DNA from: Thermoplasmatota archaeon
GTDB taxonomy: Archaea; Thermoplasmatota; SW-10-69-26; JACQPN01; JAJPHT01
DNA length: 64,000 nucleotides
NCBI GenBank assembly: GCA_035540375.1
Contig: DATLGO010000101.1
Location: 14,324 to 78,323, forward strand
Direction of reading: 5' to 3'
The translations under genes were made by a program, and so were the position numbers. The notes beneath the pieces are model-generated. The model was not told the DNA's origin. It was given only the letters and a program-made list of their open reading frames with translations, and searched no databases. Below are positions 29,677 to 38,831 of this stretch, one piece after another; the first letter of the stretch is position 1; each line of letters opens with the position of its first letter.

Positions 29677-29715
29677 AAAAAAGGAGTCGCGCCGGGCGGG
29701 AACGACCGCCCGGCG
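29677..29715 (-). terminator. Probable terminator of the Lys-rich protein gene
   Basis: 10-bp stem CGCCGGGCGG/CCGCCCGGCG followed on the minus strand by a T6 tract. Confidence 0.55.
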
Positions 29716-29725
29716 GGAACGGGGC

Positions 29726-30181
29726 CTATCGGCGGCCCTTCTTGGCCTTGCCCTTCGGCTTGGCCTTGGAGACCTTCGTGGCCTTCTTGGCCTTGCCCTT
29801 CGGCTTGGCCTTGACCTTCGTCGCCTTCTTCACGGGCTTCGCGGTCTTCGTTCCCTTCTTCGTCTTCGCGGCGCGGCGGGCGGCGGCACGGGCCTTGCGG
29901 GCCTCGCGCTCGGCCTTGATCCGGGCCTCGCGGCGCTCCTTGCGGGCGGCGCGGTTCTTCTTCTGCTGGGCGCGGAGCGTGCGCCACTTGCTGCCCCCGA
30001 TCTTCCGGAGGACGGGCAGGCCCGTGCGGGCCACCGTCGAGACCTCCATGCCGGGGGGGATTTCAGCCTGCACACCGCTCTTGGGAGTGCGGCGCGAGAA
30101 GAAGTAGATCGTCTGCGTGCGACCGCCCTTGAGCGTCACGTTCTTCGAGTAGAGGGTGAACCCCTCGTGTTGGTAAGCCAT
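29726..30181 (-). CDS. Small beta domain plus Lys/Ala-rich histone-H1-like tail; candidate nucleic-acid-binding protein
   Basis: N-terminal FTLYSKNVTLKGGRTQTIYFF...RTGLPVLRK; tail with duplicated KAKPKGKAKK. Confidence 0.75.
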   Translation of the reverse strand: MAYQHEGFTLYSKNVTLKGGRTQTIYFFSRRTPKSGVQAEIPPGMEVSTVARTGLPVLRKIGGSKWRTLRAQQKKNRAARKERREARIKAEREARKARAAARRAAKTKKGTKTAKPVKKATKVKAKPKGKAKKATKVSKAKPKGKAKKGRR

Positions 30182-30432
30182 GTGGCATCCCGTACCAACA
30201 ATGTGGCGTACCATGATAAGGTTACTGGTAAACATCGGCGTTTCTTCCGTTGGAAACGCGGTTTGCCGGGAATGAAGCGATGCGGCGACGCGGGGACGCG
30301 GCCGGGACGCGTTGGTATCAACGCGGTCGCGCGCCGAGGGCGCAAGGCGCGCGCGAAGACGGAGCGCGAGGCCCGCCGCCCCATACGATCGCCTTTAGGA
30401 TGGGGCGCGCGCTTGCCGTCGCGGTGCCCGCG

Positions 30433-30810
30433 ATGGACACGCCGTACGAGCTCGTGACGCGCCGTCTCTGCCTGATCAAGGACACCGGCCACAGCGGAAC
30501 CCTCTGGGGCGGCACGATGATGGGCTGGGTCGACGAGGCCGGCGCCATCTACGCCGGGATGGTCACGCGCAACCCGACGATGGTGACCAAGGCCTTCACC
30601 GAGATCAACTTCACGAGCACCGTGAACCCCGGCGACATGGTGGAGTTCTACGGACGCGTCGCGCGGTGGGGCACGACGTCGGTGCACATCGAGCTCAAGG
30701 TCACGGCGCGCCGCCCCACGAGCCACGAGGCGTGGGACGTCCTCACCGTCACCGGCACCTTCGTCGCGATCGACGAGCGGGGCCGCAAGACGCCCATCCT
30801 GAAGGCGTAG
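30433..30810 (+). CDS. Hotdog-fold acyl-CoA thioesterase
   Basis: GTLWGGTMMGWVDEA, INF...V..GD, GTTS, TFVAIDE.G. Confidence 0.9.
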   Translation: MDTPYELVTRRLCLIKDTGHSGTLWGGTMMGWVDEAGAIYAGMVTRNPTMVTKAFTEINFTSTVNPGDMVEFYGRVARWGTTSVHIELKVTARRPTSHEAWDVLTVTGTFVAIDERGRKTPILKA

Positions 30811-31068
30811 CGCGGGAAGCCAAGGGCTTTACGCGGGATCGGCCTTCGCGGGCGCGGGCGCAGTGACGATTGGCTTCGGAACCGAACCCCTCCATGTGGA
30901 GATTGGACTTTGCCGAGCGCCCATTTCTTTCGAACACGGGCTGGAAGGTGCCCGTTTTCACCGCATTTTCCCCTGTCGGGTGAGGCGACAACCGCCTGAC
31001 AAAGCCCCGACAATTGGAATACGGGCCCACTAGAGGGTTTAAGAACCCCCCCGAGGGCTGTCGGCCGG

Positions 31069-33285
31069 ATGAACTCCGAGGACCGCGTCCTCCTCCACCT
31101 GCTCGCCCACGACGCCGTGAAGCGCGACGCCTACGCGGTTCCCTTCGCGCTCTGCCAGGAAGGCATCGCCGACGCGGTGGGCGTCGCCCGCAACACGGCG
31201 AGCGAGATCCTGCAGCGGCTGCGCGACCGGCAGCTCGTGACGAGCGAGCGCCGCGCGATCTCGGGTCAGAACCACAAGCGGCAGGCGTTCTTCCTCTCCG
31301 AGCGGGGCCGCCAGGCCGCGCGCGCCCTCGGCGGCGCGCCCGGCGCCGTCGCGAGCGGCCCGGCGGCGGCCGCGGGCGCGGGCCGCGCGCCGGCGCGCCT
31401 CCCTTCGCCGCGGCTCTTCGTCGGTCGCGGGCCCGAGCTCGCGCGCCTGCGCCTGTGGCTCGAGCGGGGCGGCGGCACGTTCCTGCTCGAAGGCCCGGGC
31501 GGCATCGGCAAATCGAGCCTCGCGGGCCGCGCGCTCGAGGCCGCGGGACTGCGCGACCCCGTGCACGTCTACACGTTCAACAGCCTCTCGACCCTCCGCA
31601 ACGTGCTCCTCCACCTCTCCGAGTTCCTCGCCCTCCAGGGGCGTCGCGAGCTCGCGACGTTCATGGCCGCGCAGCCCGCGCCGAGCCTCGACCAGGCGCG
31701 CGGCGCGCTCGCCGACAGCCTCGCCTCGGCCCGTGGGATCATCATCCTCGACGACGCCCAGAAGATCATGCCCGAGGTCGAGCCGCTCCTCGAGCGCCTC
31801 GCGAAGGCCGCGGTCTCGGGCGGCCCCCGCCTCCTCGTGATCGGGCGGGAGATGGGCCGCGTCGCCGACCGGCTCGGGTCGAGCAAGGGGTTTGAGCGCC
31901 TGACGCTCGGCGTCCTCGGCGACGACGAGAGCCACGCGCTCCTCGCCGAGCGCGGCTTCGCCGAGCGGGAGATTCCCGAGGTCGTCCGCGTGACCCGCGG
32001 CCACCCCCTCTACCTGCGCCTCGTGCAGCCGGGGACGCGCCCCGGCGCCTCGCGCGACGTCCAGGCGTGGCTCGAGGAGGAGGTCGACCGCGGGCTGGGC
32101 GACGCCGAGCGGCGCATCCTCCTCAGGGCCGCGATCCACCGCTTCCCCGTCTCGCCGTCCATCCTCGCGCCCGCCCGGGACGAGGCGGGTCCGCTCACGA
32201 TCCTCGTCGAGCGGGGACTGCTCATCCGCGACGGGGACGCGATCGGCCTCCACGACCTCCTGCGCGACTACTACCTGCGGCGCCTCCCCGCCGTCGTCGC
32301 GCGGCGCCTCCACGCCGAGGCCGCGCAGCACTACCAGACGGTGGCGGGCGAAGGCGCGCTCGTCGAATCGATGCACCACCTGCGCGCCGCGGACCGCGAC
32401 GAGGAGGCCGCCGCCCTCGCGGTGACGCACGGCATGAACCTCGTCTCGCGCGGCTACCACGCCGAGCTGTTCTCGGTGCTCGAATCCTTCCGCGAAGCGC
32501 GGGTCTCCGCCCGTCAGCGCGGCTGGAAGCACCTCCTCGAGGCGCGCATCCTCGTCCACCGCGGCAAGCCCGAGCAGGCGCTCGCGGCGGCCGAGCGCAG
32601 CCTCGAGGTCGCGCGCGGGATCCGCGACCCCGAGCTCGTCGCCCTCGCCGGACGCGAGGCCGCGCAGGCGCACCGCTTCCGCGGCGACCTCGCGAAGGGC
32701 ATCGCGCTCGTGCACGGCATCCTCGAGGACCTGAAGGATCGCGAGGGCGAGCCGTACGTCGCCGACCTCCTGAACGCCTACGGGATCCTCGTCTTCGAAA
32801 GCGGCGACCGCGAAGGCGCGCGCCGCGTCTTCGAGGACAACGTCGCGTACGCCCTCAAGCACGGCGCCGAGCCCGCCTTCCTCGCGAAAGCGTATGGGAA
32901 CCTCGGCGAAACGCTGCGACTCCTCGGCCGCCCGGCCGAGGCGCTGCCCCACCTCACGAAGGGCGTCGAGGTCGTGACGGCCGCGGCGCTCCGGCTCTAC
33001 GCGGGTTCGCTGAACCTGAACCTCGCGTGGGTCCTCATGGACCTCCGGCGCCACGCGGAGGCGAAGAAGCACCTCGAGGCCGCGCTCGCGAGCGTCGAGA
33101 CGGGACCGAGCGAATTCCTCCCGGAGGTGCTCTGGGCGCAGGGCCGCCTCCTTCTCGAGACGGGCGAATCCGACCGCGGACGCGACGTCCTCCGCCGGGC
33201 CCGCGACCTCTACGAGGGGCGCAAGGACGCCGAATCCGTGCGCCGCATCGACGACCTCCTCGAAGGACGCCGGAAGGCCGCGTGA
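31069..33285 (+). CDS. wHTH + STAND/AAA NTPase + TPR regulator
   Basis: N-terminal QEGIADAVGV HTH, FVGR..EL, Walker A GPGGIGKS, Walker B IILDD, TRGHPLYL, LHDLLRDY, C-terminal TPR-like helices. Confidence 0.88.
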   Translation: MNSEDRVLLHLLAHDAVKRDAYAVPFALCQEGIADAVGVARNTASEILQRLRDRQLVTSERRAISGQNHKRQAFFLSERGRQAARALGGAPGAVASGPAAAAGAGRAPARLPSPRLFVGRGPELARLRLWLERGGGTFLLEGPGGIGKSSLAGRALEAAGLRDPVHVYTFNSLSTLRNVLLHLSEFLALQGRRELATFMAAQPAPSLDQARGALADSLASARGIIILDDAQKIMPEVEPLLERLAKAAVSGGPRLLVIGREMGRVADRLGSSKGFERLTLGVLGDDESHALLAERGFAEREIPEVVRVTRGHPLYLRLVQPGTRPGASRDVQAWLEEEVDRGLGDAERRILLRAAIHRFPVSPSILAPARDEAGPLTILVERGLLIRDGDAIGLHDLLRDYYLRRLPAVVARRLHAEAAQHYQTVAGEGALVESMHHLRAADRDEEAAALAVTHGMNLVSRGYHAELFSVLESFREARVSARQRGWKHLLEARILVHRGKPEQALAAAERSLEVARGIRDPELVALAGREAAQAHRFRGDLAKGIALVHGILEDLKDREGEPYVADLLNAYGILVFESGDREGARRVFEDNVAYALKHGAEPAFLAKAYGNLGETLRLLGRPAEALPHLTKGVEVVTAAALRLYAGSLNLNLAWVLMDLRRHAEAKKHLEAALASVETGPSEFLPEVLWAQGRLLLETGESDRGRDVLRRARDLYEGRKDAESVRRIDDLLEGRRKAA

Positions 33286-33869
33286 TGGCCCCCCGCCGCG
33301 CGTCGGCCGCCGACCTCAAGACTGCGCTTCGCCGCGAGGCCCTCGCCCGCCGCGACGCGATCGAGCCCGACCTGCGCGCCTCGCTCGCCTCGAAGGCCAC
33401 GAAGCGCCTCCTCGGCCTCTCCGTGATGCGCCCCGGCGCGACCGTCGGATTCTACGCCGCGCGGGGATCCGAGATGCCGACCGACGGCCTCCTCGCCGAC
33501 GCCCTCCGGCGCGGCGTGCGCGTCGCCCTGCCGCGCGTGGACCGCGCGACGGGCGCGCTCACGTTCCACGCGGTCGCGGACCCCGCCGCGCTCAGGCCCG
33601 GCGCCTTCGGCATCCGGGAACCCGCCTCCACGGCGCCCATGCCGGAGAACCTCGACGCGATCGTGGTGCCCGGCGTCGCCTTCGACCCGCGCGGCCACCG
33701 ACTCGGCACCGGGCGCGGCTATTTCGACCGGTATCTCCGCGACCGGCCGGGTCTCCGCATCGGTCTCGCCTTCGAGGCGCAGATCGTCGAAGCGCTCCCG
33801 GACGAGCCGCACGATGAACCGATGGACCTCATCGTGACGGAGAAGCGCGTGCTCAGGACGCGCGCCTGA
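33285..33869 (+). CDS. 5-formyltetrahydrofolate cyclo-ligase
   Basis: K.ALRR, FGIREP, VVPGVAFD..GHRLG.GRGYFDR, EPHD..MD.IVTE. Confidence 0.95.
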   Translation: MAPRRASAADLKTALRREALARRDAIEPDLRASLASKATKRLLGLSVMRPGATVGFYAARGSEMPTDGLLADALRRGVRVALPRVDRATGALTFHAVADPAALRPGAFGIREPASTAPMPENLDAIVVPGVAFDPRGHRLGTGRGYFDRYLRDRPGLRIGLAFEAQIVEALPDEPHDEPMDLIVTEKRVLRTRA

Positions 33870-33909
33870 CCCCGAAGGTTCCAAGCCACCCCGGGCCTTT
33901 CCCGCGCGC

Positions 33910-34449
33910 ATGGGCACCTTCGCCTGGTTCGGCCCCCGCGCTCCTCCCCTCGGCTCCCGCGACGTTCCCGCCGGCGGCCTCTGCCTCTCGGCCTTCCTCG
34001 CCGTCCGTGACGACCAGGGCCGTGTGCTCCTCGGCAAGTACAACGCGGAAGACGCGAAGCTCGAAGGCCTCACCGGCATGGACGAGGAGCGCCGCAAGCG
34101 ATTCAGCGGCGGCTGGACGCTCCCCGCGCGCCATCTCCGCTTCGGCGAATCCCCCGAGACCGCGGCCCGGTCCATCGCCGACGACCTCGTCCGCGTCCGC
34201 GTCGAGCCGCGCTTCGTCCGTTATGCGAGCGAGGCCTACGAATCCGCCGTCTATCCCGGCACGCACCACTGGGATGTGAATTTCCTCTTCGAGGCCCAGG
34301 TCCCGCGCCCGACCGCGCAGGGCCTGTGGCCGCACGGCCCCCCGAGCTGGTACCGGGAGCTCGCCTTCGTCGACCCCTCCTGGCTCAAGCCCGGCGACTG
34401 GGCGCGCTCGCACGAGGACGTGTGGGCGATGTACGCGGCGAAGAAATAG
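33910..34449 (+). CDS. NUDIX-fold protein with degenerate Nudix box
   Basis: GRVLLG, WTLPARHLRFGESPETAARSIADDL. Confidence 0.7.
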   Translation: MGTFAWFGPRAPPLGSRDVPAGGLCLSAFLAVRDDQGRVLLGKYNAEDAKLEGLTGMDEERRKRFSGGWTLPARHLRFGESPETAARSIADDLVRVRVEPRFVRYASEAYESAVYPGTHHWDVNFLFEAQVPRPTAQGLWPHGPPSWYRELAFVDPSWLKPGDWARSHEDVWAMYAAKK

Positions 34450-34514
34450 CCCCCGACCTCGCGGCGCGTAGACAAGAAACGAGCGCGAGCGGAGCGAGCG
34501 CTTTCGCGCCATCG

Positions 34515-34715
34515 ACCACGAAAGCGGGGATGGGCGCGCAAGCGCCCCGAAGAGGGCGGCCGCACGCCGCCCGAGGCCGAGCGAAGCGAGGCCAAGCCCA
34601 CGAGATTTCACACAGCTAACCCGCAGTCTCCATCCTTCTACCACGAGAGCGGGGATGGGCGCGCGAGCGCCCCGAAGAGGGCGGCCGCAGGCCGCCCGAG
34701 GCCGAGCGAAGCGAG
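34515..34715. repeat. Two copies of a 76-nt palindrome-rich direct repeat (34515-34590, 34640-34715)
   Basis: 73/76 identical by manual alignment; each copy holds two hairpins and ends in GAGCGAAGCGAG. Confidence 0.85.
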
Positions 34716-34758
34716 CGCCGCCGTCGAGCGGGGAAGCGCAGGACGAAGTCCTGCGCCG

Positions 34759-36393
34759 TCACATCGGCTTCCCGCTTCCCTGGTTCGTGGCCGGGTCGAT
34801 GACCACGTTCACGACCGCGGGCCGGTTCGTGGCCTGCGCCCGCTTGAGCGCGGGGATGATCCCGCCGGGTTCCGTCACAAGCTCCCCGTGCGCCCCGAGC
34901 GCTTCCGCGACGAGGTCGTACCGGGTCTTCTCGCCGAGCTTCGTGGCCACCGCGCGCTCCTCGCCGTAGAGGCCGACCTGCGGGGCGCGGATCTGCGTCC
35001 ACGCGCCGTCATTCGCGACGACGACCACGACGGGGATGTCCTGGCGGACGCAGGAATCGATCTCGAAGCCGTTGAGGCCGAAGGATCCGTCGCCCGATAG
35101 CACGACGACCTTGCGGTCGGGGTGCGCGAGCTTCGCGGCCATCGCGAACGGGACGCCCACGCCGAGGCAGCCGAGGGGACCGGGGTCCATCCAGCGGCCG
35201 GGGCCCGCGACGGGGATCACCTTCGCGGCGGTCGCGACGACGTTGCCGCCGTCGCCCACGACGACGGTGTCGCGGTCCACGACGGAGGCGAGGTCTTTGA
35301 GGAAACGGTAGCTGTGGATCGGCGTCTGGCCGCTCGCGAGATCGTCGGCCCAGACCGCGAGCTTGCGGGCCTCCTCCTCGCGGAGCGCCGCGAGCCAGCG
35401 CGCGCGGTCGGGGGTCGCTCGGCCCTTGAGCGCGCGCGCGAGGTCTTCGAGGACGGCGCCCACGTGGCCCACGAGGCCCACGTCGACGTTGCGGTTGAGC
35501 GCGATCTGCGGCGCGTCGACCTCGACGCGGACCACCTGCGCAGCGGCCGGCACGGACTCGCCGTAGTTGAGGCGGAAGTCGAACGGGGTGCCGACGTCGA
35601 GGAGGACGTCGCACTCCGCGAGCGCGCGCCCGCGCGCGAGGTTGAAGAAATGCGGATCGCCTGGCGCGAGCGAGCCGCGCGCGAGGCCGTTCAGGAAGAC
35701 CGGCGCGCCGAGGACCTGCGCGAGGTCGGCGAGCGCGCCCGCGGCGCGGCACCAGCCGACGCTCGTGCCGGCGATGACGACGGGACGCTCGGCGGCCGCG
35801 AGGAGGCGGGCGGCGGCTTCGACGGCCTCGGGGTCGCCGCGCGGCCGCGCGTCGATGCGCGTGGCCCCGCGCGCGACGGGCGGCTCCTCCGCGTCGCCGA
35901 AGAGGATGTCCCACGGCACCTCGAGATAGGCGGGTCCCGTGCGCGGCGCGGTCGCCTGCCGGAAGGCCGTCGCGACGTATTCGCCGAGCCGGCGCGTCTC
36001 GTAGACGCCGCGCGCCCACTTCGTGACGGGCGCGACGACGGGAAGCTGGGTGCCTTCCTGCAGCGCGCCCTGGTCGAAGCGCGCGAAGTCGCCCTGGCCG
36101 CCGAGGCAGACCATCGGCGCGTCGAAGCGGTGAGCGTTCGCGAGACCCGTGACGGCGTTCATGACGCCCGGACCCGCGGTCACGAGCGCGACGCCGGGGT
36201 CGCCGAGCGTCGCGCGCGCCCAACCGTCGGCGGCCATCGCGGCGGCCTGCTCGTGGCGCACGTCCACGACGCGGATGCCCTCGTCGAGGCAGCCTTCGTA
36301 GATGGGCATGATGTGGCCGCCGCAGAGCGTGAAGGCGACCTTCACGCCCTCGCGCTTCAGGGCCTTCGCGACGAGCCGTCCGCCGTCGGTCAT
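34759..36393 (-). CDS. ThDP-dependent enzyme (acetolactate synthase-like / 2-hydroxyacyl-CoA lyase-like)
   Basis: RHEQAA, TAGPG, DGGN, GCLGVG, GDGSFG...N ThDP motif. Confidence 0.92.
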   Translation of the reverse strand: MTDGGRLVAKALKREGVKVAFTLCGGHIMPIYEGCLDEGIRVVDVRHEQAAAMAADGWARATLGDPGVALVTAGPGVMNAVTGLANAHRFDAPMVCLGGQGDFARFDQGALQEGTQLPVVAPVTKWARGVYETRRLGEYVATAFRQATAPRTGPAYLEVPWDILFGDAEEPPVARGATRIDARPRGDPEAVEAAARLLAAAERPVVIAGTSVGWCRAAGALADLAQVLGAPVFLNGLARGSLAPGDPHFFNLARGRALAECDVLLDVGTPFDFRLNYGESVPAAAQVVRVEVDAPQIALNRNVDVGLVGHVGAVLEDLARALKGRATPDRARWLAALREEEARKLAVWADDLASGQTPIHSYRFLKDLASVVDRDTVVVGDGGNVVATAAKVIPVAGPGRWMDPGPLGCLGVGVPFAMAAKLAHPDRKVVVLSGDGSFGLNGFEIDSCVRQDIPVVVVVANDGAWTQIRAPQVGLYGEERAVATKLGEKTRYDLVAEALGAHGELVTEPGGIIPALKRAQATNRPAVVNVVIDPATNQGSGKPM

Positions 36394-36433
36394 GCCGCGA
36401 CGAGCGGCCGGAGGCGGGATAAGCGTTGCCGCC

Positions 36434-36658
36434 TCAGGAGGCGCGCTCGCGCGCGACGAGCTCGCGCACGGCGACGACGAGGGGCCAGCCGACGAGGATG
36501 ACGCCCGCGAGGGCGGCGCCGAGACCGCCCCACGCGACGCCGCGGCCGGCGAGGTATTCCGAGACGACCTCGGTCGCGCCCGCGAAAAGGAGCACGGCCC
36601 CGAGGAGCACGGCGAGGGTCTTGAGGCCGAGGAGGAAGCTCTCGCGCGCGGCGCCCAC
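36434..36658 (-). CDS. Small 2-TM membrane protein
   Basis: Two hydrophobic helices; fills the gap between same-strand genes. Confidence 0.5.
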   Translation of the reverse strand: MGAARESFLLGLKTLAVLLGAVLLFAGATEVVSEYLAGRGVAWGGLGAALAGVILVGWPLVVAVRELVARERAS

Positions 36659-36697
36659 GCGCGAGGATTCCGCCTCGGCCCCTTGAAGCCTTCGCCG

Positions 36698-38590
36698 TTA
36701 CCTGCGCACGTCCACGAAGTCGACGCGCAGGTTGCGGTCCTCGGACCCGATCCGGGCGTCGTTCGTGAACGCGATCGCGACCGTGCGCGCGCCCGCTGGC
36801 ACGTGCACGTACGCGACGTGGTCCGTGTGGCTCGTCGCCGAGACCGTCCACGTCGCCTTGGTCGCGCCGTCGATCTTCAGGCTCATCTTCGGGGCGACGC
36901 CGCCCGCCTTGTCCCCCTTCGCGCGGATCGTGAACTTGTAAGTTCCCGACTCCGGGATGGAGACCGATTGGCGGATCTCGCCGTTGCTCCAGATGTTCCA
37001 GCCCGCTCCCCCGGAAGCGGATCCGTCCGAGTAGCGGCCGCCGACGGGCCGCGAAGCGAAGGATTCGGCCTCGAACTTGCCGGGCGCGCCGCCCGTCGGC
37101 TGCGGCGCGGGCGCCGCGGAGCCGCCGGATCCGATGGCGACGCGGTCGACGTACAGGTTGCGGTCGCCGGCGCTTCCCGCGTAGTCGTTCACGAACGCGA
37201 CCTTGACCTCGCGCACCGCGCCCGCGGGCACGCTCACCGTCGCGGCGTAGGTCTTGTAGGTCGAGGAGCCGACGGTGAACGTGGCGACGGCCTGTCCGCC
37301 GACGCTCAGCACGGCCTTCGGCCACGCGCCGTTCGCGTACTGTCCGCGCGCGACGAACGAGACCGTGTGGGACCCGCCGTCGGGGAACTTCATGTCCTGC
37401 GCGACGTGGCCGTTCGACCACTGCTTCCACGTCCGGCCGCCGGAGGCCGCGCCGTCCGAGACGACGCCGCCCCCCGTCCGCTTCGCCATCGCCTCGGCCT
37501 CGATCACGGGTCCGGAGATGCTCGTCGTGAGCGTGGGCGTCGGAGCCGGCGAGGGGTCCGGCGAGGGCGCGGAGACGGCGCCGCCGCGCACGGCCTTCAC
37601 GCCGTTGACCCACGTCCAGAGCGAGGGCTTCGCGCTCCCGTCGGCGCGGGTGAGACCCCAGTACCGTTCCGCCCAACCGTAGTAGTTGGCGAGGTTGAAC
37701 GTGGGGCTGTCCTTGTAGCCGCGGTAGATCATGCCCTTGACGCCGGCGGCCTTGAAGTCGCCCGCGTGGTCGAAGAACCACTTGAGCACGGTGTTCTGGT
37801 GCTTCTCGTACGAGTCCGACGGGTACGAGGAGAGCGCGAGGTCCGTGAGGAACGTCGGCTTCTTGTACTTGTTGTGGAGGTAGCGCGCCGCGTCGAGGGC
37901 GGCCTGTCCGCCGCTCATGTACGTGCTGTGCGAGTCCTTCGTGGAGCCGCGCATCGTCTGGAAGCCCAGGTAGTCGCTCGTGGCGATGGTCTTCGGGAAG
38001 CGATCCCAGCTCGCCTTGTCCCAGTTGCCGAAGCCGATCACGATCTTCGCGTTCGGGGCGATCGACCGGATCGCCGCGGCCTGGGCCGTGAGCATCGAGT
38101 CGAACTTCGGAGCGTACCACGATTGCGTGATGCCGCCCTTGTTGAACTCCGTCTCGAGCACGATGATGGCGCCGCGCGAGCCCATGATGCTGTTCACGCG
38201 CTCGGCGAGCTTCCTGGTCATGTCGTTCCACTGCGCGCGGGACTTCTGCGCGTTGTGGAGCTTCGACCAGCAGCCGTTGTCGACGCACGACGGGGAGATG
38301 TCGTCGCCCCAGTACCACCACTGGATGACCGGCGTCACGCCCTTGTCGCGCGCCGCGCGGAGCCAACGGTCGATGCCGTCCCAGCCGCTCTTCGCGGTCC
38401 AGACGCCGACCCAGAAGAGGCCGTAGTCCGGCCTCGCGCCGTGCGAGGACAGCTTGTCCACCGCATCCATGTTCATCCCGAAGCCGAGCGCCGGGGAGGG
38501 CGCCGCGGAAGCGGTCGGGAGCACCGTCACGGCCGGGGCAAGGAGAGCGATCGCAAGAAGCGCCCCGGCGGATTTCTTCAATGCATTCAT
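36698..38590 (-). CDS. Secreted glycoside-hydrolase-like TIM-barrel protein with two carbohydrate-binding modules
   Basis: Signal peptide; Trp-rich domain with ETEFN; two modules EAE...F.ND.....DRNL.VD (Ca-dependent CBM-like) joined by Pro/Thr linkers. Confidence 0.75.
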   Translation of the reverse strand: MNALKKSAGALLAIALLAPAVTVLPTASAAPSPALGFGMNMDAVDKLSSHGARPDYGLFWVGVWTAKSGWDGIDRWLRAARDKGVTPVIQWWYWGDDISPSCVDNGCWSKLHNAQKSRAQWNDMTRKLAERVNSIMGSRGAIIVLETEFNKGGITQSWYAPKFDSMLTAQAAAIRSIAPNAKIVIGFGNWDKASWDRFPKTIATSDYLGFQTMRGSTKDSHSTYMSGGQAALDAARYLHNKYKKPTFLTDLALSSYPSDSYEKHQNTVLKWFFDHAGDFKAAGVKGMIYRGYKDSPTFNLANYYGWAERYWGLTRADGSAKPSLWTWVNGVKAVRGGAVSAPSPDPSPAPTPTLTTSISGPVIEAEAMAKRTGGGVVSDGAASGGRTWKQWSNGHVAQDMKFPDGGSHTVSFVARGQYANGAWPKAVLSVGGQAVATFTVGSSTYKTYAATVSVPAGAVREVKVAFVNDYAGSAGDRNLYVDRVAIGSGGSAAPAPQPTGGAPGKFEAESFASRPVGGRYSDGSASGGAGWNIWSNGEIRQSVSIPESGTYKFTIRAKGDKAGGVAPKMSLKIDGATKATWTVSATSHTDHVAYVHVPAGARTVAIAFTNDARIGSEDRNLRVDFVDVRR

Positions 38591-38831
38591 CTTCACTCCG
38601 TCCAACCTCTCAGAGTCCGGATGGCGGCGACGCGCGCCGCAAGCCGCCGCGATCGGCGGCGATGTCGTTTCGTCCGACGTCGTCGACTGGACGGCGTCGG
38701 TCAAGTAACCGCGATTGGGCGCGAACTCGGCAAAGGGCCGTGAAGGCCACTTTTATGACCGATGGGTCCGGCGGCGCGCCTCCGGGGCTTGTTCCACAAC
38801 GCGGATGGCCGCGCGCGGCCGCTCGCGACGC

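Noticed and set aside
34515..34715. Direct repeat as a mini CRISPR array
   Set aside because: Only two copies, 76 nt long and multi-hairpin; no cas genes or leader.
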